Source: Ktedonobacterales bacterium (GTDB taxonomy: Bacteria > Chloroflexota > Ktedonobacteria > Ktedonobacterales > JADMIN01). Taken from it: DNA of 32,000 nt. Below are positions 10,609 to 17,410 of the stretch, piece after piece. Made by a program: the position numbers and the translations under genes. The notes beneath the pieces are model-generated. The model was given only the letters and a program-made list of their open reading frames with translations. It was not told where the DNA came from and did no database searches. Each line of letters starts with the position of its first letter. Positions within the stretch are counted from its first letter, which is position 1. The stretch is taken from the NCBI GenBank assembly GCA_030167145.1, contig CP126532.1, forward strand, positions 1,740,001 to 1,772,000, in the 5' to 3' direction.

Positions 10609-10877
10609 TTTCAAAGACCACACCAGCGTTTCGCAGATTGTTCAACGCGCTGCCGCCCGACATCCAGGCGCAAGCGCGCGACACTTTTGTGCTGTTCACG
10701 TCGAACCCCAATCATCCCAGCCTGCATTACCAGCGGATCAAGCGGCACAAGGACTGGCTGCGCTCGGTTCGCATTGGCCTCAACTACCGTGCCCTCGCCA
10801 TTGAGCGGGGCAATATTCTGTACTGGATTTGGATCGGCCCCAGAGCCGATTTCGACTATTTCATCAAACACTATTAG
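10605..10877 (+). CDS. RelE/ParE-superfamily toxin-like protein (90 aa)
   Basis: The pattern F-x-x-L...PPDIQAQARDTFVLFTSNPNHPSLHYQRIK...WLRSVRIGLNYRALAIERGNILYWIWIGPRADFDYF matches the RelE/ParE-type family (HPSL, SVRI..YRA, W.WIG...Y). The GTG start overlaps the upstream TGA (GTGA). Confidence 0.7.
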   Translation: MISKTTPAFRRLFNALPPDIQAQARDTFVLFTSNPNHPSLHYQRIKRHKDWLRSVRIGLNYRALAIERGNILYWIWIGPRADFDYFIKHY

Positions 10878-10958
10878 GTGACCTCAATTTTCCTCAGCGC
10901 ACGCCCGCACACACCAGCGTGGTATGGTATGCTGCATGCAGCAGCCTTCGTGGCTCGC

Positions 10959-11002
10959 CCGGACGAGATGCGCGCCGTACCCGGATGGCAAAGACGACGC
11001 GC
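10959..11002 (+). ncRNA. candidate guanidine-III (ykkC-III) riboswitch aptamer
   Basis: CCGGACGAGAUGCGCGCCGUACCCGGAUGGCAAAGACGACGCGC aligns almost position for position with the Thermobifida fusca guanidine-III 41-mer as I recall it (CCGGACGAGGUGCGCCGUACCCGGUCAGGACAAGACGGCGC). P1 is CCGG(10959-62):CCGG(10981-84). The pseudoknot pairs GCGCGCCG(10970-77) with CGACGCGC(10995-11002), with one C-A mismatch. It lies 45 nt upstream of the ATG of a small membrane protein. Possible extended -10 boxes TGGTATGGT/TGGTATGCT are at 10920-10933. Confidence 0.65.
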
Positions 11003-11047
11003 GACCCGGTGATCGTCCTGGCGAACAGACCACGGAGGCATATTGCT

Positions 11048-11314
11048 ATGCAAGGGTTTACGCAAGAGTTCTTGCAGATTTTCGGCGCGATCCTCATCCT
11101 TGGCGCGTTCATCCTCGCGCAGTTTCGCATCCTCAACCAGCACTCGTATCTTTATCTGCTGCTGAATATTATCGGCTCCGGCATCCTCGCCGTGCTCGCC
11201 GCCATCACCCAACAGTGGGGCTTTCTGCTGCTCGAAGGCGGCTGGGCGCTCGTCGCGCTGTGGAGCGTCGTCGCCCGCCTCACTGGTCGCACCCCCGCCC
11301 CCTCGCACGGCTAA
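11048..11314 (+). CDS. small 3-TM membrane protein (88 aa; resembles the CBU_0592-type small membrane protein family, function unknown)
   Basis: The ATG at 11048 has GGAGG 10 nt upstream. The product is MQGFTQEFLQIFGAILILGAFILAQF...YLYLLLNIIGSGILAVLAAI...WGFLLLEGGWALVALWSVV. It has three hydrophobic helices and a membrane-embedded Glu in LLLEGGW. It lacks the SMR signature and four-helix length. Confidence 0.7.
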   Translation: MQGFTQEFLQIFGAILILGAFILAQFRILNQHSYLYLLLNIIGSGILAVLAAITQQWGFLLLEGGWALVALWSVVARLTGRTPAPSHG

Positions 11315-11340
11315 CGCCCCCACGTCTATTCGCATCGCAC

Positions 11341-11381
11341 GCATAGCGCCTGCCCATCACCTATCATGGGGCGGGCGCTAT
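11341..11381. terminator. hairpin terminator between convergent genes
   Basis: 14-bp stem CATAGCGCCTGCCC / GGGCGGGCGCTATG with one mismatch and a 13-nt loop, followed by TCCCCGTTTG. It lies between the stop at 11314 (+) and the stop at 11395 (-). Confidence 0.5.
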
Positions 11382-11394
11382 GTCCCCGTTTGCC

Positions 11395-12150
11395 CTAACG
11401 TTGCTCCGCCGGGGGATGAGGCACGGGCAGATCCTCCGGCGCGCCCGGATACTGCGGCATGCCCGCGGCCGGACCAAGCGCCTCAGCGGGCGCCGTCAGC
11501 CGCGTTGCCTTGCGCTCCAGCGCGCGGCAAATCAGGTCCGCGCAGCTTTCCAGATCCAGCACCGCCGTATTCAGCACCAGATCGTACAGGTGCGCATCAT
11601 CTGGCTGGCAGCGAAACATATTTTGCATATATTGCCGCCGGTCCTGGTCTTTCAGTCGCACCCGCCGCTCCGCCGCCACATGGTCCAGCCCCTCGCGTTG
11701 CATCACATAGGCAATGCGCTGGGCGAACGGCGTGACGACGCGCACATGCAGCGCATCGCGCCGCTCCCGCAAAATCACCTGCCCCGCGCGCCCGACGATC
11801 ACCACCCGCCCCGCCTCCGCCGCCCCCGTCACCACCTCGCGCAGCGCCGTCGCATAGGCATAGGGATCCAGCGGCAGCGGGAGCGTCGGCACCGCCAGCG
11901 CGGGCGGCTCGATGCCGCGCATGCTATGCAAAAAGCGCACGACAAAGCTCTCGTCGCGCTCATCACGCGCCGCCGCATCGGACTCGCTAATGCCAAGTTG
12001 CTCTGCCACCCGCGCCACCACCTCGTGGTCAATCAGTTGCCAGCCGAGCCGCTGCGCCACCCCCGCCGCCACCTCGCCGCCTCCGCTGCCATACTCGCGC
12101 GACATCGTGACGGCGCGCATGCCGCCCGTGTGATACTGCTGATCACTCAT
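11395..12150 (-). CDS. cytidylate kinase-like family protein
   Basis: The N-terminal P-loop-like MSREYGSGGGEVAAGVAQRLGWQLIDHEVV and the overall layout are typical of the cytidylate-kinase-like (Cytidylate_kin2) family. The ATG at 12150 is preceded by GGGGAGG. Confidence 0.7.
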   Translation of the reverse strand: MSDQQYHTGGMRAVTMSREYGSGGGEVAAGVAQRLGWQLIDHEVVARVAEQLGISESDAAARDERDESFVVRFLHSMRGIEPPALAVPTLPLPLDPYAYATALREVVTGAAEAGRVVIVGRAGQVILRERRDALHVRVVTPFAQRIAYVMQREGLDHVAAERRVRLKDQDRRQYMQNMFRCQPDDAHLYDLVLNTAVLDLESCADLICRALERKATRLTAPAEALGPAAGMPQYPGAPEDLPVPHPPAEQR

Positions 12151-12218
12151 GGTGGGCCTCCCCTTCTCGGTCGCCCCAGCTACATGATTACAAAAGTGTC
12201 CGCACTTCAAGCTGGCCG

Positions 12219-12605
12219 TCAGAACGGCAGATAGATAAATTGATCGTGCCACTCCCTGTGCGCACTGCACGACCAAACGAACAACAGCGCATCAATCGCG
12301 GACCCAATTGGCAGCCGTTGCGCCACCGACATCACCCCTGGACTATGCTCCCCCGCAGGCAGATGCATGAGCAGGTCGTCAAGATATGTGGGTATTGTAC
12401 GACGATCATGGGTGAGCAAAATACGGTCCAGTGCTTTTGCGGCAACGAGAAGCTCTGGATCAGGAGTGGCAAGTAATCCCAACTGCTGGGCGGTCACAAT
12501 ATCTATCGCGGGCTGACGACGGCGCAGGCCAGCAACAATGTGCAGGTTAAAGTTGGCATCGGTGAGAAAGCGTGGTGGCCCATCACCCGCTTCTGCTCCG
12601 GTCAT
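12219..12605 (-). CDS. DUF5615-family PIN-like putative toxin
   Basis: FLTDANFNLHIVAGLRRRQPAIDIVTAQQLGLLATPDPELLVAAKALDRILLTHDRR is characteristic of DUF5615 (Mut7-C/PIN-like) proteins. The ATG overlaps the stop of the upstream DUF433 gene (ATGA). Confidence 0.7.
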   Translation of the reverse strand: MTGAEAGDGPPRFLTDANFNLHIVAGLRRRQPAIDIVTAQQLGLLATPDPELLVAAKALDRILLTHDRRTIPTYLDDLLMHLPAGEHSPGVMSVAQRLPIGSAIDALLFVWSCSAHREWHDQFIYLPF

Positions 12606-12940
12606 GAGGCGGCGCTCGGCTGATGCTCAGCCTGGTATCGCGCGATACGCTCGCGCATCATCGCGAAAAACTCTGGCCGCGCGGACTCGGCCTCCGCCCG
12701 CTGTTGTGCGGCTTGGGCATCGCCCTGGCGGAAGAATGCCTCCATCTCGCTCTGGTGCTCTAGATAGTGCAGGATGGTCCCGTATATCTCCGCCAGGGAG
12801 AGATGTGGGAATCCATTGCGTATCTCTTCCGGTGTGTATCCCTGCTGCCACGCCGCGACGACGCTATAGACCTCGACGCGCCCGCCGCCGACATACCAGT
12901 TGCCATCACGATATTGCACGTATTTCTCGGCTTCCGACAC
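12602..12940 (-). CDS. DUF433-domain putative antitoxin
   Basis: GGRVEVYSVVAAWQQGYTPEEIRNGFPHLSLAEIYGTILHYLEHQSEM is a typical DUF433 HTH-like domain. The GTG start is preceded by AGGAGG with an 8-nt spacer. It has a 4-nt overlap with the DUF5615 gene. Confidence 0.7.
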   Translation of the reverse strand: MSEAEKYVQYRDGNWYVGGGRVEVYSVVAAWQQGYTPEEIRNGFPHLSLAEIYGTILHYLEHQSEMEAFFRQGDAQAAQQRAEAESARPEFFAMMRERIARYQAEHQPSAAS

Positions 12941-13035
12941 TGGTCGTTCCTCCTGGCTAGCGCGTTGCTGGCGCTTGTCTGCCCATTACAGTATATCCTA
13001 CCCACAAGACTGCTGCGGCCGGGTTCGCCTCAGGG

Positions 13036-14337
13036 CTACATCTTGCGCAACTCCGATGCCCCCACCGCCAGCGCGGCCAGCGCCAGCCCCGCCGCCAGCA
13101 GCCCAAGCACGGCGCGCGGCCCCAGCGGCACGAGCAGCAGCCCGCCCACTGTCACACCCAGCGGCTCTGCGCCGAAGGTCAGCATGCGAAACGAGCTATT
13201 GATGCGCCCTTGCAGTTCGTCCGGCGCCAGTGAGAGGCGGTACGTCACCACCACCACCGCATACACCGGCCAGACGATGTTCATCAGCCCCAGTCCAAGT
13301 ATCAGCGGCCATGGCGATTGACTCACCGCCAGCAGCACGGTAGCCGCCGCCCAAACCGCCACGCTGCCGACGGCGATCTGCCCGAAGCGCAGCCGCTGGC
13401 TCAGCCGTGGCGCGATCAGCGCCCCCAGCAGCCCACCCGCGCCGCTCGCGCCGAAGACCAGCCCCAGCACCTGCACATCCAGGTGCAGCGCGCCCTGCGC
13501 CAGCAGGATCACCGCCAGCGTCACCGGCGCTTGCAGAAAGTTCACCACCATCGTCAGCAGCGCCAGCAACCGCAGCCGCCGGTGCCGCCAGAGGAAGCGC
13601 ACCCCCTCGGCCATCTCGGCCCACAGCGAGCGGCGCTGCCCATCCGCGAGTTGCGCGCGCCGCCCCTGGAACGGCACGCGAACGAAGCGCAGCGAGATCA
13701 CCGAAGCGAGATATGAGACGCTATCGGCCAGATATGCCAGCGCCGCGCCCGCTGCCGTCGTGCGCGCCAGCCCGATGATGAACCCCGCCAGCCCCGGCCC
13801 AAACAGACGCGCGGCAGAGTCTGAGGTCTCGTTCAACGCCCAGGCGCGAGGCAACTGCTCCGGCGCGACCACCTGGGGCAGCGCGCTGATCTGCGCCAGG
13901 CTGAAGAAGACATTGGCCGTCCCCGACGCCAGCGCCACGATATACAGTTGCGCCACCGTCAGATGCCCCAGCGCGAAGGCCAGCGGCACCGACCCCAGCG
14001 CCAGCCAGCGCACCGTGTCACTGCGAATCATCAGCTTCTTGCGGTCCCAGCGGTCCACCAGCGCGCCAGCGGGCAGCGCCAGCAGCAGATATGGCAGCAG
14101 GTCCGCCGCCGTCACCAGACCAGCCTGCGCGGGCGAATGGGTCAGCGCCAACACCAGCAGCGGCAGCGCCAACTGCGAGATGCTCGTGCCGAAGGTCGAG
14201 ACGGTCTGCCCGCTCCACAGCAGCAGAAAATCGCGGCTGCGCCAGAGCGAACGCGGCGCGGCGGCGGGAGCCGGCGCGGGATTGGCATCAGGTAGATCGG
14301 CGGGTAGCATTGGTTGCATAGGTGGATGATACTCCAT
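13036..14337 (-). CDS. MFS transporter
   Basis: About 12 hydrophobic helices. N-terminal LLWSGQTVSTFGTSISQLALPLLVL and the loop motif GALVDRWDRKKLM are typical of MFS. The start is uncertain: ATG at 14337 or GTG at 14361. Confidence 0.85.
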   Translation of the reverse strand: MEYHPPMQPMLPADLPDANPAPAPAAAPRSLWRSRDFLLLWSGQTVSTFGTSISQLALPLLVLALTHSPAQAGLVTAADLLPYLLLALPAGALVDRWDRKKLMIRSDTVRWLALGSVPLAFALGHLTVAQLYIVALASGTANVFFSLAQISALPQVVAPEQLPRAWALNETSDSAARLFGPGLAGFIIGLARTTAAGAALAYLADSVSYLASVISLRFVRVPFQGRRAQLADGQRRSLWAEMAEGVRFLWRHRRLRLLALLTMVVNFLQAPVTLAVILLAQGALHLDVQVLGLVFGASGAGGLLGALIAPRLSQRLRFGQIAVGSVAVWAAATVLLAVSQSPWPLILGLGLMNIVWPVYAVVVVTYRLSLAPDELQGRINSSFRMLTFGAEPLGVTVGGLLLVPLGPRAVLGLLAAGLALAALAVGASELRKM

Positions 14338-14396
14338 GCCTTGCGAAAAGTTCCGAGACACCTATCGAGGGCAGATAGCGCACATGACGTGGGCAG

Positions 14397-14416
14397 GGGC
14401 GTCCAGCGGACGCCCG
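14397..14416. repeat. GGGCGTCC-N3-GGACGCCC palindrome (8-bp arms)
   Basis: GGGGCGTCC AGC GGACGCCC lies in the divergent MFS/MBL intergenic region. The same arms occur at 21663-21681, heading the 18-bp tandem array. Confidence 0.6.
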
Positions 14417-14695
14417 AAGAGGTTGGGGGTAGCTGCGGTGGCGCGCGGGCGGGGTTGGAGACACGGAATAACGCCAGCTTCAGCGAAGGGAAGCAGGTGC
14501 GGCGGGGAGCAATGTCAGCAGCAGCGAGTCAGTGAATTCACCGGCGCATGTGGCGTGTGCTCGCTTTCGTGTGCGATACTCTATCAGCGCCAGCGTCGCA
14601 CAGCATGGCGCACACCGTCAAGTGACCCATTATCGCCCAGTGGGACGGACATTCCTGTCTGTCTGGCAATCGAAAGCCATTGAAGGGAAGCGGTC

Positions 14696-15706
14696 ATGGC
14701 GATTGAATATCAGGTGTTGGGCAGGGCGAGCGGCGACAACGCGCTCTTTGCGCGCGTCTCCACTGGGCAGACAACGCACCGGCTGCTCTTCGACTGCGGC
14801 GCGGGCTGCCTGAATATGCTGGCGATTGGCGATCTGCTGGCGGTGGATCACCTCTGCTTCTCGCACCTGCATATGGACCACATCGGCGGCTTCGACACCT
14901 TCATACGCGCCAACTATAACCGGACCAGCAAGCCGGTGCGGATCTGGGGTCCGCCGGAGACGGCGCGCATCCTGCATCATCGCCTGCAAGGATTCCTCTG
15001 GAATCTCTACGAGGACGACCCCGGCACGTGGTATGTGCATGACGTCTTCCCCGACCACATCACCGCACACTGCTTCGAGGCGCACGAAGCCTTCGCCACC
15101 GCGCACGACGCCGCTGAGCGCCCCAATACCGGCGCAGTGATCGAGACGCCCGCATACACGATTGAGGCGCTGACACTGGACCACCACACGCCGTCACTGG
15201 CGTACATCCTGCGCGAGCGGCCGCACGTGAACGTCGCCACGGAGCGACTCGCGGAGCTGGGCCTCGCGCCCGGCCCATGGCTGAAGCAGGTGAAGGAGCC
15301 GCAGCCAGACGAAGCGCCCGAAATCGAGATCGGCGGGGCGCGCTATGCGCTGGCGGCGCTGCGCGAGGCGCTGCTGATCGAGTCGCCCGGCGGCTCGCTG
15401 GCGTATCTCACCGACTTCCTGCTGGACGATGCGGCGGTGGCGCGGCTGGTTCCGGCGCTGCGCGGCTGCGACACGATGATCTGCGAAAGCCAGTACCGGA
15501 CGGCGGAAGCGGCGCTAGCCCAACGGCATCACCATCTGACGGCGATCCAGGCGGCGGAGCTGGCCCGCCGCGCGGAGGTCGGCGAACTCATCCTGTTCCA
15601 CCTCTCGGATCGCTACCGCCCATCCGAATGGCTGGCGCTGCTGGGCGAGGCGCGCGCAATCTTCGCCAATACGCGCTTTCCAGCGCACTGGCAGCTAGAA
15701 GACTGA
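14696..15706 (+). CDS. MBL-fold metallo-hydrolase (ribonuclease Z / BN-like)
   Basis: Metal-binding motif FSHLHMDHIGGFD and N-terminal LLFDCGAGCLNML, as in RNase Z-like proteins. AAGGGAAG lies upstream of the ATG. Confidence 0.8.
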   Translation: MAIEYQVLGRASGDNALFARVSTGQTTHRLLFDCGAGCLNMLAIGDLLAVDHLCFSHLHMDHIGGFDTFIRANYNRTSKPVRIWGPPETARILHHRLQGFLWNLYEDDPGTWYVHDVFPDHITAHCFEAHEAFATAHDAAERPNTGAVIETPAYTIEALTLDHHTPSLAYILRERPHVNVATERLAELGLAPGPWLKQVKEPQPDEAPEIEIGGARYALAALREALLIESPGGSLAYLTDFLLDDAAVARLVPALRGCDTMICESQYRTAEAALAQRHHHLTAIQAAELARRAEVGELILFHLSDRYRPSEWLALLGEARAIFANTRFPAHWQLED

Positions 15707-15739
15707 GGCGGCGTTGGGTTCGCCCGCGGGGTGTCGTAT

Positions 15740-15832
15740 TCAGGAACCACCAGCACGTACTACGGCCATCAGACTCAGCACGGTCGCATAGAAGTCGTCG
15801 AGGTCGAAGGGCTTGGGCAGAACCGCGCGCAC
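15740..15832 (-). pseudogene. 3' fragment of a receiver-domain-like gene split by the IS element
   Basis: Reading the minus strand across the IS insertion site after removing one TSD copy restores ...LPVLVASTNPDLAERAAQAHPGLVR|AVLPKPFDLDDFYATVLSLMAVVRAGGS*. The KPF motif and its context resemble the beta4-alpha5 part of CheY-like receivers. Confidence 0.45.
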
Positions 15833-17160
15833 TGTATAGACCGGGGACATGGTTTACACACGTTCGGAGACATGGTTTACATCCAAGCAGTGCTATTCCG
15901 CGAGTCAGGAACACTGTTTGGAGGTTGCCCATGCCGTGGCAGGAGTCATCAGCCATGTCCCTTCGTTTGGCCTTTGTGGCGCAGGCGTCGCAGCCTGACG
16001 TCAACCTGAGCGCGCTGTGCGCCCAGTTCGGGATCAGTCGTCCCACGGGCTACAAGTGGGTGGCCCGCGCTCAGCAGGCGGGGAGCGCGGGACTGGCTGA
16101 GCGGTCGCGCCGCCCGACGACCAGTCCCACCCGCACCGCCGCCGCCCTGGAGCAGCGCGTGCTGGCGTTGCGCGCCCAGCATCCCGCCTGGGGCGGACGG
16201 AAACTGCGGGCGCGGTTGCAGGTGCTGGCGCCCGACCAGCCCGTCCCCGCCGCCAGCACGATCACCGCGATCTTGCAGCGGCACGGCTTGCTGGCCCCAG
16301 CGGACCGCGCCCCGCACCGCCGTCCGCCGCCCCAGCGCTTTACCTATGCCGCTCCCAATGAACTGTGGCAAATGGATTTTCAGGGGCATCTGCCCTTGAC
16401 GGCCCACCCCGGCGGCGGCCAGCGGTGTCATCCCTTGACGGTGCTCGACGACCATTCGCGCTTTGCCGTGGGCGTGTTGGCCTGCGCCAATGAGCAGCAC
16501 GCGACCGTGCAAGCCGCCTTGACCACGCTCTTTCGCACCTATGGCCTGCCCCGCCGTATCCTGTGTGACCACGGCGCGCCCTGGGGGAGTGCGGGCGGAC
16601 CCACGCCCTGGACCCGCCTGAGTGTCTGGCTGGTGCGCCTGGGCGTCACGGTGCGGCATGGCCGTCCCCGTCATCCCCAAACCCAGGGCAAGGACGAGCG
16701 CTTCCACCGCACCCTGCGCGCCGAAGCCCTCGCCCAGCCGCTGCACGACCTGACACACGCCCAAGCCGTCTTCGACACCTGGCGTCAGGTCTATAACACG
16801 GAGCGGCCCCATGAAGCACTGGGTCTCACCGTGCCGGCCCGCCACTATACGCCCAGTCCGCGCCCCTTCCCCGAGACGTTGCCGCCCGTAGAGTACGCCG
16901 CCTCCGCGACCGTGCGCAAAGTCCAGCAGGAGGGCTGGATCAGTTGGCAGGGGCAGGCCTACCATGTCGGCGGCGCTTTTGTCGGCCAGCCCATCGCCTT
17001 GGCCCCCACCGATGTGGATGGGATGCTGGCCGTCTACTTTGCCGACCACTGGATCGCCTCCCTGGACACCCGTTCGCACGGCGTGTATCCTGTTTCTAAA
17101 CAGCGCTCTGTTGTCAACTATGTCCCCGAACACCTGTAAAGGATGTCTCCGGTCTATACA
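15833..17160 (+). mobile_element. IS481-family insertion sequence (1328 bp), apparently intact
   Basis: Terminal inverted repeats are TGTATAGACCGGGGACAT (15833-) and ATGTCTCCGGTCTATACA (-17160), matching at 17 of 18 positions, with TGT...ACA termini. It is flanked by the 5-bp direct repeat CGCAC (15828-32 and 17161-65). There is a single transposase ORF. The subterminal direct repeat GACATGGTTTACA occurs twice (15846-58 and 15869-81). Confidence 0.85.
15931..17139 (+). CDS. IS481-family DDE transposase (integrase core domain)
   Basis: N-terminal HTH LCAQFGISRPTGYKWVAR. DDE core: NELWQMDF..., VLDDHSRF, ILCDHGAPW, HPQTQGKDERFHRTLRAE, YNTERPHEALG. The ATG at 15931 is preceded by GGAGG with a 6-nt spacer. 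The longer 620-aa ORF overlaps the MBL gene and is rejected. Confidence 0.9.
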   Translation: MPWQESSAMSLRLAFVAQASQPDVNLSALCAQFGISRPTGYKWVARAQQAGSAGLAERSRRPTTSPTRTAAALEQRVLALRAQHPAWGGRKLRARLQVLAPDQPVPAASTITAILQRHGLLAPADRAPHRRPPPQRFTYAAPNELWQMDFQGHLPLTAHPGGGQRCHPLTVLDDHSRFAVGVLACANEQHATVQAALTTLFRTYGLPRRILCDHGAPWGSAGGPTPWTRLSVWLVRLGVTVRHGRPRHPQTQGKDERFHRTLRAEALAQPLHDLTHAQAVFDTWRQVYNTERPHEALGLTVPARHYTPSPRPFPETLPPVEYAASATVRKVQQEGWISWQGQAYHVGGAFVGQPIALAPTDVDGMLAVYFADHWIASLDTRSHGVYPVSKQRSVVNYVPEHL

Positions 17161-17293
17161 CGCACCAGCCCCGGATGTGCCTGCGCCGCGCGTTCGGCAA
17201 GGTCAGGGTTGGTGGAGGCCACCAGCACCGGGAGCCGCGCGAGATCGGGGGCGTCTTCCAGGGCGTCGAGCAGGGTCTCCGCTTTGCTGTCAC
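17161..17293 (-). pseudogene. 5'-side fragment of the IS-interrupted receiver-like gene
   Basis: The minus-strand frame gives DSKAETLLDALEDAPDLARLPVLVASTNPDLAERAAQAHPGLV, then runs into the IS end and stops (TAG). No start codon or N-terminal receiver half is detectable upstream. The gene was probably already truncated or frameshifted. Confidence 0.4.
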
Positions 17294-17410
17294 AATACGG
17301 CGCTCGGCCTCTATCGGCTTTTCCTGGATGATACTCTTCCCATGCCCAAGTGGTTGGTGATCCAGTTGCTCGACGAACTGTAGGAGCAGCTGGTGGCGGC
17401 TCGTAGCTTG

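Noticed and set aside
9979-10877. Classifying the TIR loci as Thoeris, CBASS/Pycsar or SPARTA
   Set aside because: No ThsA-like SIR2/Macro/SLOG gene, nucleotide cyclase, or Argonaute/APAZ gene is present next to either TIR gene within the window, so known-system labels are not supported. The right-hand locus is truncated by the window edge, so this is less certain there.
15277-15930. N-terminal 218-aa extension of the transposase ORF (620-aa version)
   Set aside because: It overlaps the 3' part of the MBL hydrolase gene in another frame and crosses the IS left inverted repeat. A GGAGG+ATG at 15931 gives a normal-length IS481-type transposase.
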